From an uncultured Candidatus Saccharibacteria bacterium (GTDB lineage Bacteria; Patescibacteriota; Minisyncoccia; Phycocordibacterales; UBA9973), in the NCBI GenBank assembly GCA_964573395.1, contig CAZNJI010000001.1:34996-98995 (forward strand): DNA of 64,000 bases. Reading direction: 5' to 3'. Positions 49,693 to 59,459 of the stretch are shown here, piece after piece. Both the position numbers and the translations under genes were made by a program. Under the pieces are notes generated by a model, which saw nothing but the letters and a program-made list of their open reading frames with translations, was not told the origin of the DNA and searched no databases. Position 1 is the stretch's first letter; each line of letters opens with the position of its first letter.

Positions 49693-51301
49693 TAAACAAG
49701 CTGTAGAAAGAGTTGCTCGATTTTTCGAGAAAGCTGCACGGCCGAAAGGGGTGTTTATTTTAGCTACGATTTTAAGCATTGTTTCTATTATTTTCTGCTA
49801 TATCAAAGGCTACATTGTTATTTATGGCGACGCGGAATCGCATCTAAACATCGCAAAGCGCGTGATTCATAGCATTACACCGGGCTTTGCGCAGTTAGGT
49901 GGTATTTGGCTGCCATTGCCGCATGTACTTATGCTTCCGTTTATTTGGTCTGATGTTTTGTGGAAAACTGGCCTTGCAGGTTCAATCGTTTCAGGCCTCT
50001 CGTTTGTTGTCTCGGCCGTATTCATTTATAAAACTGCTTTCTTCTTGTTTAAAAACCGAATTGCATCATTCGCGGCAGCGCTTGTTTTTATGCTGAACCC
50101 TAATGTGCTGTATTTGCAGGCAACGCCGATGACAGAATTAGTGCTTATTTGTTTCTTCGTGCTTTCTTCGTATTTCTTTATAAAGTTTTTGTTTAACGAA
50201 AAGCAAACACTTTCGCTTATCCAGGCAGCCTTCTTTGGTTTTTGTGCGGTGCTTACCCGCTACGACGGTTGGTTCTTGGTTGCCGTTGAGGCCGGAATTA
50301 TCGCGCTCTACTTTCTGCCATGGCAGAAACTGCGCGAAGGGGTAAGGGTATTTTGGAAGGGGATTGAATGGAAGAAGATTGAAGGGAACGTTGTTTTGTT
50401 TGCAACGCTGGCGTTTCTGGGAATAGTGCTGTGGCTCGGATGGGACTGGCTTATTTTAGGCGATCCGCTTTACTTTACCACCAGCCAATTCTCGGCCGCG
50501 TCCCAACAGCAGGAGTGGCTTTCTCGGGGTATGTTGCCGGCATACCACAATGCGTGGATGTCGTTTCTGTATTACTTCGTTACGGCGATGAGTAATGCAG
50601 GTGTGGTGTTGTATTTTGCTGCGCTTATCGGCATATTCCATTATCTTGGTAACAAACATTTCAAGCATCGATTCTTCGTAATCCTGCTTCTTTTGAGCCC
50701 GTTCATTTTCAACGTTGTTACGCTCTTTTTGGGACAGTCGGTCATTTTTATTCCGCACCTGACGCCGCTTGATTGGGATCATAGTATTTTTAACGTCCGC
50801 TACGGGGTTATGGCCGTGCCGCTTGTCGCTCTCTTATTCGGGTATCTTTTCTTTGTCAGCAAGGCTGGCGGCAAACTGCTTTTGGGCGGATTATTCTTAT
50901 TCCAATTTGCGCTCTATGGCGTCGGCTATTCTCAGGTTATTTCATTCGAAGATGGCTGGCGCGGGCTTTCATCCCAGCAGGCAACGCTCCCTGATGCGCA
51001 GTACTGGTTTGCGCGAAACTACGATTACGGCCTGGTGCTGATGGATGACTTCGCGAAAACAATTAGTATTACGAGAACGCCGGTAAAAATGCAAAACATG
51101 ATTTACATCGGAAACAAGCCGTACTGGGAAGAATCGCTCGTTGAACCGCAGAAGTATGCTCGCTGGATTATTATGCAAAAAGACGATACTGTATGGAGCA
51201 ACGTCTTGGGACGGCCGGAAGTGGAAGACCGCCTCTATGCCTATTTCAACAAGGTGTACACCTCAGACGAGATTCTTATTTTTAGACGAATCGATAACTA
51301 A
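49676..51301 (+). CDS. Polytopic membrane protein, GT-C-like; paralogue of 25049-26842
   Basis: The conserved blocks GDAESHLNIAKR, LNPNVLY and TPMTE are shared with the protein at 25049-26842. The hydropathy pattern is also similar. Confidence 0.7.
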   Translation: MNLSISKQAVERVARFFEKAARPKGVFILATILSIVSIIFCYIKGYIVIYGDAESHLNIAKRVIHSITPGFAQLGGIWLPLPHVLMLPFIWSDVLWKTGLAGSIVSGLSFVVSAVFIYKTAFFLFKNRIASFAAALVFMLNPNVLYLQATPMTELVLICFFVLSSYFFIKFLFNEKQTLSLIQAAFFGFCAVLTRYDGWFLVAVEAGIIALYFLPWQKLREGVRVFWKGIEWKKIEGNVVLFATLAFLGIVLWLGWDWLILGDPLYFTTSQFSAASQQQEWLSRGMLPAYHNAWMSFLYYFVTAMSNAGVVLYFAALIGIFHYLGNKHFKHRFFVILLLLSPFIFNVVTLFLGQSVIFIPHLTPLDWDHSIFNVRYGVMAVPLVALLFGYLFFVSKAGGKLLLGGLFLFQFALYGVGYSQVISFEDGWRGLSSQQATLPDAQYWFARNYDYGLVLMDDFAKTISITRTPVKMQNMIYIGNKPYWEESLVEPQKYARWIIMQKDDTVWSNVLGRPEVEDRLYAYFNKVYTSDEILIFRRIDN

Positions 51302-51303
51302 TT

Positions 51304-52302
51304 ATGAAGCCTTTTTCAATAGCCTTGCTGATAGCGGAAGTTGCAATTCTTGCGCTGGTCATTTCATTCGTTCAAGAGAACAAGAAAAAGCCGGAAGCGG
51401 TTGCGCCTGAAGTAATTCCGTTTACCGTAAAATCGATTGATACGATGAAATACTCGCGCGATCTGGCGCGAGAAAAATCAAACGATTCGTCGTTCGACAC
51501 AGAGATTGCCGCGCAGATGAAATTGATAAAAGGCGCAGGGGCAACCCATGCGGCAATTAGCACTCCGTATGACAAAGAGTTCGTTCCGATGCTTACACGC
51601 TGGGTGAATGCGGCGCGCGCTGAAGGGCTTTCTGTTTGGTTCCGCGGAAATTTCTCGGGATGGGAAGGGTGGTTTAACTACAGCCGGATTAGTGCCGATA
51701 CGCACAAAAAACTGCTGGCAGAATTTATTGCAAATAACCCAACGCTTTTTGCTGATGGTGATATTTTCAGCGCTTGCCCTGAGTGCGAGAATGGCGGCCC
51801 GGGCGATCCGCGCCGAACGGGAAAGAAGAATGAATTCAATCACTTTCTCGTTTCTGAATACGATATTGCCCGCGATGCATTCCGAAAAATCGGCAAAGAC
51901 ATAACGCTCTACACCAGTATGAATCTCGACATTGCCCGCGAGGTTATTAATCCGGTAACGGCGCAGAAGTTGGGAGGCACAATTTTGGCAGACCACTACG
52001 TAAGTTCGGTAGAGAAATTTGGAAATGACATCAAACAAACTTCGCAGCGCCTGGGCGCGCATGTGGGGCTCGGAGAGTTTGGTGCGCCAATTCCGGACAT
52101 TAATGGCAAGATGACCCTAGAGCAGCAGGCGCAGTTCGTGGCAGGGCTTGCAAAGGCCATGGGCGAGCAGAACATTCTTGTGATGAACTATTGGACGCTG
52201 AAAGGGGGAACAACGGCGCTGGTGAATTCAAAAAATGAGCCATTGCCGGCATACAATGTTTTAAAGCAGTTTTACACTTCAATAAAAAATCCTCCTCGCT
52301 AA
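51304..52302 (+). CDS. Secreted protein, possible TIM-barrel glycoside hydrolase
   Basis: An N-terminal signal-anchor is present, and the alternating beta/alpha pattern suggests a TIM barrel. The call is weak and not motif-based. Confidence 0.45.
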   Translation: MKPFSIALLIAEVAILALVISFVQENKKKPEAVAPEVIPFTVKSIDTMKYSRDLAREKSNDSSFDTEIAAQMKLIKGAGATHAAISTPYDKEFVPMLTRWVNAARAEGLSVWFRGNFSGWEGWFNYSRISADTHKKLLAEFIANNPTLFADGDIFSACPECENGGPGDPRRTGKKNEFNHFLVSEYDIARDAFRKIGKDITLYTSMNLDIAREVINPVTAQKLGGTILADHYVSSVEKFGNDIKQTSQRLGAHVGLGEFGAPIPDINGKMTLEQQAQFVAGLAKAMGEQNILVMNYWTLKGGTTALVNSKNEPLPAYNVLKQFYTSIKNPPR

Positions 52303-52340
52303 CTACTTGCCGCTTGATTGTTTAATGGTATAAATAAGAT

Positions 52341-52898
52341 ATGACCCCATTGATTATCGTGCTCATTATTATTGGCGTTTTGGTTTTGTGGTTTATTGTT
52401 GCCTACAACAGCTTCGTCACGCTAAAGAATCGCGTTGAAGAAGCGTGGGCGGACATCGAGGTGCAGTTGAAGCGCCGCTACGATCTGATTCCGAACCTGG
52501 TTAATACCGTAAAAGGTTATGCCAGCCACGAAAGCGCTGCATTTGAAAACGTTACGAAAGCACGCGCCCAAGCAATGCAAGCGGGAACTGCTGCAGAACA
52601 TGCGCAGGCTGAAAACATGCTTACCGGAGCGCTCAAGAGCCTCTTTGCGGTTGCTGAGGCTTACCCAGACTTGAAGGCAAACACGAATTTCCTTGAACTG
52701 CAGCGTGAGCTTGCCGATACTGAAAACAAGATTCAGGCGGCGCGCCGCTTCTACAACGGTAACGTTCGCGATTACAACACCAAGCGCGAAACATTCCCTT
52801 CAAATATTGTTGCCGGAATATTCAACTTTAAAGATCAGGCATTCTTCGACATTCCGGATGATGGCGTTGAAAGCCAGCCGGTTGAAGTGAAATTTTAA
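52341..52898 (+). CDS. lemA: LemA family protein
   Basis: The N-terminal transmembrane helix is followed by [32 protein letters not shown]...[23 protein letters not shown], which is typical of LemA. Confidence 0.85.
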   Translation: MTPLIIVLIIIGVLVLWFIVAYNSFVTLKNRVEEAWADIEVQLKRRYDLIPNLVNTVKGYASHESAAFENVTKARAQAMQAGTAAEHAQAENMLTGALKSLFAVAEAYPDLKANTNFLELQRELADTENKIQAARRFYNGNVRDYNTKRETFPSNIVAGIFNFKDQAFFDIPDDGVESQPVEVKF

Positions 52899-52916
52899 TC
52901 TTCATTAAAAACTACT

Positions 52917-53303
52917 ATGAAAAAAACAATCTTAACCATCGTTTTCCTCTCAATCCTGGTGCTGATTGTCGGGTTCCTTGCAAAGCCGTCTCCGGTTCAA
53001 TATTGGCAAGATAATGAAGTAGGAGCTCCGACCGACGGCCGCGACATGTTTCCAGCTTCCGTTCAGGCAGCAGTTGCCGCAGATCCGTACACGCAGGTGA
53101 AGCGGTGCGACTTAAACGGGCAAGCATACTTTGTAACCGATGCGGTGATGATTGCCGATGAAGGAAACGACGTATACGACTCGAACGGCGTAAAGGTGGA
53201 CAGTTGTTTTGGGTTCACCACGCCGGAGATGATTTCTCCATTCTGTAATGCGCTTGGCGGCGCACCGTGTGTAGTGCTCTATACGCCAGACTTGAGTCGG
53301 TAG
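52917..53303 (+). CDS. Small secreted hypothetical protein
   Basis: A signal peptide is present (MKKTILTIVFLSILVLIVGFLA), and the protein has 4 Cys residues. Confidence 0.55.
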   Translation: MKKTILTIVFLSILVLIVGFLAKPSPVQYWQDNEVGAPTDGRDMFPASVQAAVAADPYTQVKRCDLNGQAYFVTDAVMIADEGNDVYDSNGVKVDSCFGFTTPEMISPFCNALGGAPCVVLYTPDLSR

Positions 53304-53348
53304 TATACTGAAAGCATTACCTTAGTAATATAAAAGAGAACATATTCA

Positions 53349-53780
53349 ATGGAACCAAATCAAATGAACCCAGAGCCAATTGCTCCGGTACAACCGCAGG
53401 CGCCCATGGCCGCACCTTCAGGTAAATTGCCAACCGGCGTGAAGATTATCGGCGTACTGTATTACATTGGAGCCGCAGTGGGCGTACTTGCGGCAATCGC
53501 ATTCTTTGTGGGGATAAGCTTCCTGTTCCCAGGGTTCGGTCTCGGCGCAATCGGCGGCATTATCATCCTTGTGTTTGCCATACTTGCATTCTTTGTGGCG
53601 CGAGGAATCTTTCGTAGGAAAAATTGGGCTCGCATCGTTGTTATCGTCAGCAGTATTCTCGGGGTCATTGGCGGCCTTACCAATCTTGACGATGGTGGCA
53701 TCGTCCAACTTATCATCAATGGATTGATCCTTTGGTACCTCACCATGAATGCAAACGCAAAAGCGGCATTTAAGAAATAA
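53349..53780 (+). CDS. Hypothetical membrane protein
   Basis: The protein has 3-4 hydrophobic helices and a Pro/Ala-rich N-terminus. Confidence 0.55.
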   Translation: MEPNQMNPEPIAPVQPQAPMAAPSGKLPTGVKIIGVLYYIGAAVGVLAAIAFFVGISFLFPGFGLGAIGGIIILVFAILAFFVARGIFRRKNWARIVVIVSSILGVIGGLTNLDDGGIVQLIINGLILWYLTMNANAKAAFKK

Positions 53781-53818
53781 TCCTGGGTTATTTCCCTGGA
53801 ATGTTATAATCCGTTTTA

Positions 53819-54715
53819 GTGGCAACTCTCTATACCCATCAATCAAAAAATATTACCAAAACATGGCTCTTGGTAGCCGTGTTTTTGGCCGTTGTGCTTG
53901 GGCTTGGCTACTTTCTGGCAAGCTACTACCAAAACCCCGGAATCCTTACTTTTGCGCTTATTTTCAGCATTGTGATGAATATTGCCGGTTTCTGGTATTC
54001 AGACAAAATTGCCCTGGCGGCATCCCACGCAAAACCGGCTGATGAAGTGCAATTTCGTGAATTGCATCGCATTGTCGATAATCTGGCAATCACTGCCGGA
54101 CTTCCGAAGCCGAAAGTCTATATCATCAACGACCCGGCGCCGAACGCATTCGCAACTGGCAGAAACAAGCACCACGCAGCAGTGGCAGTAACCACGGGGC
54201 TTTTGCAAATACTCGATCGCGCAGAGCTTGAGGGCGTGATTGCGCATGAACTTGCGCACATTGGAAATAAAGACATTCTGCTTCAGAGCTTAGTAGTTGT
54301 ACTTGTTGGTTTCGTATCGCTTGCCTCGGACTTTTTCCTGCGAAGCATGTGGTGGGGAGGCGGCAGCCGCGATAACGATAACAGGGGAAGCAATGTGCTT
54401 GCGATTGTCGGCATCATCTTCATTATTCTTTCGCCGATTATTGCAACGCTTATCCAACTAGCGATTTCGCGAAAGCGCGAATACTTGGCTGATGCGACCG
54501 GTGCGCTCATTACCCGCTATCCTGACGGCCTTGCAAGCGCGCTCCGAAAAATTAGCTCGTACAATCGCCCGATGCAGCACGCGCATAACGCAACCGCGCA
54601 TCTGTTCATTGCAAACCCGTTCGGCGCCCGCGCACTTCGCGGCTTGAGTTCACTGTTTATGACCCACCCACCCGTTGAACGTCGAATTAAAGCATTACTT
54701 GGAAAATCTGAATAA
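53819..54715 (+). CDS. htpX: M48 zinc metalloprotease HtpX
   Basis: The HExxH motif is present (HELAHIGNKD), along with transmembrane helices and the C-terminal motif MTHPPVERRIKALLG. Confidence 0.9.
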   Translation: MATLYTHQSKNITKTWLLVAVFLAVVLGLGYFLASYYQNPGILTFALIFSIVMNIAGFWYSDKIALAASHAKPADEVQFRELHRIVDNLAITAGLPKPKVYIINDPAPNAFATGRNKHHAAVAVTTGLLQILDRAELEGVIAHELAHIGNKDILLQSLVVVLVGFVSLASDFFLRSMWWGGGSRDNDNRGSNVLAIVGIIFIILSPIIATLIQLAISRKREYLADATGALITRYPDGLASALRKISSYNRPMQHAHNATAHLFIANPFGARALRGLSSLFMTHPPVERRIKALLGKSE

Positions 54716-54847
54716 AAGTTAGGAAACTGCGTCCCGTCCCGTAATCAAAAGTTTGTGCACTCGACGAACTTTTGTATTATCGGGATGACCCATCCGCCGG
54801 TAGAACGCCGAATCGAGGCACTCCTCGGAACCAAAGTTGAGTAAATT
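54716..54847 (+). pseudogene. Diverged duplicate of the htpX 3' end (last about 20 codons), in frame immediately after the htpX stop
   Basis: The segment 54788-54847 encodes MTHPPVERRIEALLGTKVE*, compared with the native MTHPPVERRIKALLGKSE*. There are many synonymous nucleotide differences. The reading frame is continuous with htpX across its TAA stop. Confidence 0.5.
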
Positions 54848-55051
54848 TCGCCAGTACGCTAGACTGTGTCGAACCAAAAAATTATACGCATGGTGTACCA
54901 TTGGATAACCTCTGGATCTGCAACGCAACCAACGATTTCTCGGCCGCCGACTCCACCGCCTGTCACTGAAGAAGATGAAATTGTACTAGTTCAGTCTGAA
55001 AACTAGGTAAAATGAATTACAGGCCGCCTTCTTCAAGGTGGCCTTTCACAA

Positions 55052-55138
55052 GGAGGAGTGCCAGAGCGGTTGAATGGGCAGTCCTGGAAAGACTGTGTAT
55101 CAGAAATGGTACCGCGAGTTCGAATCTCGCCTCCTCCG
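55052..55138 (+). tRNA. tRNA-Ser (anticodon GGA)
   Basis: The acceptor stem pairs GGAGGAG with CTCCTCC. The anticodon stem pairs CAGTC with GACTG, and the loop CTGGAAA gives anticodon GGA. A long variable arm forms the stem GTATC-agaaat-GGTAC. The T arm pairs GCGAG with CTCGC around the loop TTCGAAT. The discriminator base is G, and CCA is not encoded. Confidence 0.85.
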
Positions 55139-55162
55139 CAAAAATTTATTACAATTTAGTTT

Positions 55163-56128
55163 GTGATAAAAACCAAGCGATTCTTTTTTCTCTGCGTCAG
55201 TACTCTTTTTTCGATCCCTGTTTTTGTTTCGGCTCATGTGAAGTGGTTTACCGAACCGACAGTCGAAACAGTTCGCCCGTACAACATTTCTGACGGAACT
55301 GTGCTTCTGTGGATTGGCATAGCAATTGTTTTCGTACTCCTTGGTTCCTTTCTTGAAAAAAAATTATCTGCGCCGGCATGGCTCTTACGCCGGATTGGAA
55401 CGCTCGGACCTGCAGTGCTTTCGCTTGCGACAGTCGGATTAGGAGTCGCTTTGGTTATTTTTTCAATCAACGGATTTATTTTTGCACCGAATCTTCCCGT
55501 TGGAAGCAGCGGAACGCCGCTTCTTATTTTGCAGGCGGTTACAGGCGTTATGTTCATATTCGGAGCATACGTACGATATGCCGGAATAGTGCTTGCTGTA
55601 TTATTTTTCCTTGCAGGAAAATATTTCGGAGCAATGGAAGTAATAGATGCCATTGAAATGATTGGATTCGCACTCTTTGCATTCATTGTGGGCAGGCCAC
55701 AGTGGCAGTGGAAAGAAGGGAAATGGTTCCAGAGGATTGCAGCTCGGCTGCAGCAGTACGGCGTTCCGCTCTTGCGCGTTGGTACCGGGCTTAATTTGGT
55801 TTTGCTTGGATTTACCGAAAAAATTCTTGCGCCTTCGCTTACCCAGAATTTTCTGATGCATTACGACTGGAATTTTTTGCAGCATTTCGGCGTAACGGAT
55901 TACTGGTTCGCGTTTTCTGCCGGAGCGGCCGAGGCGCTTATCGGTATTTTTCTTATGTTGGGCCTTGTTACTCGAATTACGACGCTGGTACTGGCCGGAT
56001 TCCTTGTTACGACGCTTCTATTACTTGGCCCGGTAGAGCTCATTGGGCATTTGCCGCACTTTTCAATTGCCATCGTGCTTTTGCTCTTCGGAGCAGGGAA
56101 TCGTTTAAAGCTGGTAAAAGGGAAGTAA
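55163..56128 (+). CDS. Hypothetical polytopic membrane protein
   Basis: This is a 321-aa ORF with about 8 transmembrane helices. Confidence 0.65.
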   Translation: MIKTKRFFFLCVSTLFSIPVFVSAHVKWFTEPTVETVRPYNISDGTVLLWIGIAIVFVLLGSFLEKKLSAPAWLLRRIGTLGPAVLSLATVGLGVALVIFSINGFIFAPNLPVGSSGTPLLILQAVTGVMFIFGAYVRYAGIVLAVLFFLAGKYFGAMEVIDAIEMIGFALFAFIVGRPQWQWKEGKWFQRIAARLQQYGVPLLRVGTGLNLVLLGFTEKILAPSLTQNFLMHYDWNFLQHFGVTDYWFAFSAGAAEALIGIFLMLGLVTRITTLVLAGFLVTTLLLLGPVELIGHLPHFSIAIVLLLFGAGNRLKLVKGK

Positions 56129-56165
56129 AACCTGAAATAAGCCTTATTTTGCTTACTTAATGCAT

Positions 56166-56194
56166 AAAACAGCCTATTGACAAATAGGCTGTTT
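56166..56194 (+). terminator. Rho-independent terminator
   Basis: The stem AAAACAGCCTATT-gacaa-ATAGGCTGTTTT is followed by ATGCT. Confidence 0.55.
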
Positions 56195-56247
56195 TATGCT
56201 AATGTCCCAAAAAACAAAATTTCATCACCTCTTTAAAAATAAAATCA

Positions 56248-58257
56248 ATGATAGACGCACTCAAAACACCTAAACCGAACTTTCTTCAAAGATTGCTTCG
56301 AGGCAAAAAGAAGCCGCCTAAAAAAGAACGACCTGCTTCTGAGCCAATTATGGATGCAGCAACAGTTGAAGAACTGATAATGGAAAGTAAAAAAAGCGTG
56401 TATGGCAATGATAATGTCGTACTGAATAATCAGGACACTATCAGAGCACAAAACGGTAAGAACTATGAAAATAGCGATGAAGGATTACGGTCTTTCGTTG
56501 GCTCCACACCTAATGCCACTGGGTCATCGCAAAATGGACACAATGTTACTTCAGAGATCGCCAATCCTCATCAACCATCATCACACAGTGATGATGAAGG
56601 TGAAGAAGGGTTCATTACCTCTTCCGGCCCTACTCCACCCACGCAGTCAGCTGGCGGTGGAAATGGAAACGGAAACGGCGGGAAGGTTAACTACGAAGAT
56701 CCGGAAGGAAAAAAAATTCCAACCATTATATGGATCCTTGTAGGAGTTTTCCTGTTTGGGATTTTATTCGGTGCATGGAAAATGAACTGGCCACAGAAAT
56801 ACTGGCTTTGGACAACCAAGCATCCGTCTCTTTCTCTTTTAATTCTTTCTTCAATCCTTTTTGGATCCTGGTATCTTTTGAAAAATAGACGTGAAAACGC
56901 CGAAAGAAAAGATCCGGGAAAAGCGGAAGTTAAGAGATTGAAACGACTCAATGCTCAGAAAACTGCATGGGGAACGTTTAAGTCTCAATTCAGCAGCTTA
57001 GACAGATCTATCTTTGTTTTTGCGGTAGTGTGTGCTGCAGCTTCAGTTACATTCTTTCTGTACTATCTTGCAGAGGAAGCGATTAAAACTCCGTTGAAAG
57101 CCGGAAGCATACTGGCAATAGTTGGTATCTGCTTTTGGTTTATCGGAAGCAGAAAGTACATACAGCGAAATCATCCGGTTGTCGAAAAATTCGGGAGACG
57201 GATTACCTGGTTTGCGGCGCTCGTAATGGCGGGTACTTATTTTTGGTTCATGCCAAAACAACCTGCTGTTATTGCAGTACCGGTTACTCAAAGCATGGCT
57301 GCCGAAGAAAGAAAGCAGCTACAGGAAGCAAACGCTATTCTTCTCGAACAAAAAGATTCCTTGCATCGAAGAAAGATACAAGAAATAGAGAATGAAAAAC
57401 TCAGCAATAATGCAGAAATGCAACAGTACATGCAGCAGAAGATTGCCAGGGCAGAACATATACGAGACAGTATCGTAGAACACGCCAGAGACTCCGCAAA
57501 GAAGGCAGTTGGTTTTTTCCAGAATGAAAACAAAGCGCTCAAGGATGAGAAAGCAAGTCTAGAGTTGAACCTTTCGAAAGTCGAAAGAGAAAACGAACGG
57601 TTGCGCTCGGATCGGACAAACGTCTTAAGTGGAGATTTGAAATTATTTCTCTTTTCTTCGCACGGATTGTTAATTCTGGTAATTATTATTCTCGCTTTGT
57701 ACCTGAGGAAATCAAAACCGAAGGTAGCTTATCCGGCACTGGTTGCCACTTTTGCATTAGCAATTATTGCTTTGTGGTTTTACCGGGGCGGACTTCTTCC
57801 TCTTCAACCTTCAGACAAGGATGATGTGGTAAGCACTAATCCGCCAAGGGTTGTTACAGACAGTGCTGCAATTAAAAAGCTGCAGGAAGAAGTAAAACGG
57901 CTCCAGGACGATGTCATTAAAAAAGACTCTGCCTTGGCCGCCATACCTTCCGTTGGCGACAGCACGAAAACTGATTCGCTTCAGATGGCCGACAACGACC
58001 GTCCGGCAGCAGATTCAGCAGCGGTGGTAAAGACTCCAAAACCCATGCCGGATACGACTGCAAAGAAGCCTGATGTGGCTAAAGGCGGAAAAGGAAGAAA
58101 ATCGAAGGTGAATTCGTACAAACCTGATCCGAAATCTCCCCTGGTGGTAAAACACCAGGCAAGAGAGTACAAGCCGGATCCGCTCGGTACCAGAGTTATG
58201 GCTACCGGAGCGAGGCAATACAAGCCGGACAATCGGCTGCCATTACGGACGTATTAG
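56248..58257 (+). CDS. Hypothetical membrane protein with Gly/Asn-rich segment, coiled coil and C-terminal YKPD repeats
   Basis: This is a 669-aa ORF. It contains GGGNGNGNGG, about 6 transmembrane segments, a coiled-coil stretch ENEKLSNNAEMQQYMQQKIARAEH, and three (E/Q)YKPD repeats at the C-terminus. Confidence 0.7.
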   Translation: MIDALKTPKPNFLQRLLRGKKKPPKKERPASEPIMDAATVEELIMESKKSVYGNDNVVLNNQDTIRAQNGKNYENSDEGLRSFVGSTPNATGSSQNGHNVTSEIANPHQPSSHSDDEGEEGFITSSGPTPPTQSAGGGNGNGNGGKVNYEDPEGKKIPTIIWILVGVFLFGILFGAWKMNWPQKYWLWTTKHPSLSLLILSSILFGSWYLLKNRRENAERKDPGKAEVKRLKRLNAQKTAWGTFKSQFSSLDRSIFVFAVVCAAASVTFFLYYLAEEAIKTPLKAGSILAIVGICFWFIGSRKYIQRNHPVVEKFGRRITWFAALVMAGTYFWFMPKQPAVIAVPVTQSMAAEERKQLQEANAILLEQKDSLHRRKIQEIENEKLSNNAEMQQYMQQKIARAEHIRDSIVEHARDSAKKAVGFFQNENKALKDEKASLELNLSKVERENERLRSDRTNVLSGDLKLFLFSSHGLLILVIIILALYLRKSKPKVAYPALVATFALAIIALWFYRGGLLPLQPSDKDDVVSTNPPRVVTDSAAIKKLQEEVKRLQDDVIKKDSALAAIPSVGDSTKTDSLQMADNDRPAADSAAVVKTPKPMPDTTAKKPDVAKGGKGRKSKVNSYKPDPKSPLVVKHQAREYKPDPLGTRVMATGARQYKPDNRLPLRTY

Positions 58258-58283
58258 AGTGATGAAATGTTCTTTAAGTGCTA

Positions 58284-58315
58284 AAGCGCAGGAATGAATC
58301 CTGCGCTTTTTTTAT
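58284..58315. terminator. Bidirectional terminator between convergent genes
   Basis: The stem AGCGCAGGA-atgaat-CCTGCGCT is followed by TTTTTTTA. Confidence 0.65.
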
Positions 58316-59412
58316 TTGATATGAAGCACTACTACTTCTGGCGGATTGAAAAGGCGAAGCGGCGGGCCGAAAGTTCCCACGCCGCTCGTGGTTACAGTAT
58401 GCATTTCGCCGACGATATGATGGCCGTAGAAGAATTTTCCGTATATTCCCCGAACTATGTAACCGATTGGCCAGAATTGGCCGCGATGCGAATGGCCGGA
58501 CACTACCAAGTCGAATCCGTACTTGTTGAATATGTCGTAGAAGGTTGGCGGATGGTTGATGGCAACCATGCCTTCAAACGACGGAATACCGAAGCTTTGG
58601 ATGATAGCTTCGATTGATGCCGCCTCGGCCTGCGGCCGATACATGAATCCGGCAATGTGTACGCCTTCAAACATTGTTACTTCATCTTGAAGCGTCGTTA
58701 TTCCGAACGATCTGATGGTGTCCATGAAAAGCCCGTAGTTCCCGTACCCTTCATGATTCCCTGGCGCATAAAAAACAGGGTAGTCTTTCGTTAGAGATTT
58801 CCATGCCGGGGCAATTGCTTCGAAATCAAACGTTGCTCCGTCAAAATAATCTCCGGCAATTAGAACAACATCCGGATCGGCTTTCTGAATTACTTTTATA
58901 GTGCGCTGTGCAAGACGGGTTTGATTGACCAGCCCGAAGTGGGTATCGGCAATGACGGCTATCCGCTTTCCGCTCCAGGCGCCAAGCGCCGGAGCTGAAA
59001 TTTCATACGAAACGGTGCGCACGGTCAGCGTCTGCAGCATGCCAGCTATTCCCGCAAGAGATGCAAGCACTACAAGCGCTCGTGCGACGATGAGCGCACT
59101 CCATTCAAAGTGAAAGATTGCGCTTCCGAGATAGAGGATCCCAAGAATGCCGGCTGCAATCAGAAAGTATACGGCACAGCCAGCGAGCGCCATAACGGCC
59201 GCGTATATTGCTCTGGCAAGCGCGCTTTGGGAAATGTTTGAAAGAGAGAATGTGCCGATCAGAAGAAAGGGAAGGATTACTGAAACAGCGAGTGCGATTT
59301 TCGATCCGGCAGGCGAAAGCCGAAGCGCAACGGTAAAGAGTTTTGCCGAAGCGATGGAAAGAACGAGCGTAAGGGACAAGAAAACCAAGAGGAAAATGAT
59401 TCTTGATGACAT
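58312..59412 (-). CDS. Membrane-anchored metallophosphoesterase (calcineurin-like)
   Basis: The N-terminus has transmembrane helices. The catalytic motifs are IAVIADTHFG, GDYFDG, GNHE and GHSHRG. Confidence 0.85.
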   Translation of the reverse strand: MSSRIIFLLVFLSLTLVLSIASAKLFTVALRLSPAGSKIALAVSVILPFLLIGTFSLSNISQSALARAIYAAVMALAGCAVYFLIAAGILGILYLGSAIFHFEWSALIVARALVVLASLAGIAGMLQTLTVRTVSYEISAPALGAWSGKRIAVIADTHFGLVNQTRLAQRTIKVIQKADPDVVLIAGDYFDGATFDFEAIAPAWKSLTKDYPVFYAPGNHEGYGNYGLFMDTIRSFGITTLQDEVTMFEGVHIAGFMYRPQAEAASIEAIIQSFGIPSFEGMVAINHPPTFYDIFNKYGFDLVVSGHSHRGQFWPIGYIVRGIYGKFFYGHHIVGEMHTVTTSGVGTFGPPLRLFNPPEVVVLHIK

Positions 59413-59459
59413 GATGGCAAAAAGTATAGCATTCCCGAATCTTCATTTATACTGGTGGC

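Noticed and set aside
54716-54847. Programmed stop-codon readthrough extending HtpX
   Set aside because: The extension merely repeats the native C-terminus. A recombination or integration scar is a simpler explanation.
55012-55050. A hairpin AGGCCGCC...GGTGGCCT immediately upstream of tRNA-Ser, considered as part of the tRNA
   Set aside because: It lies outside the tRNA cloverleaf. It is probably a terminator or processing hairpin.
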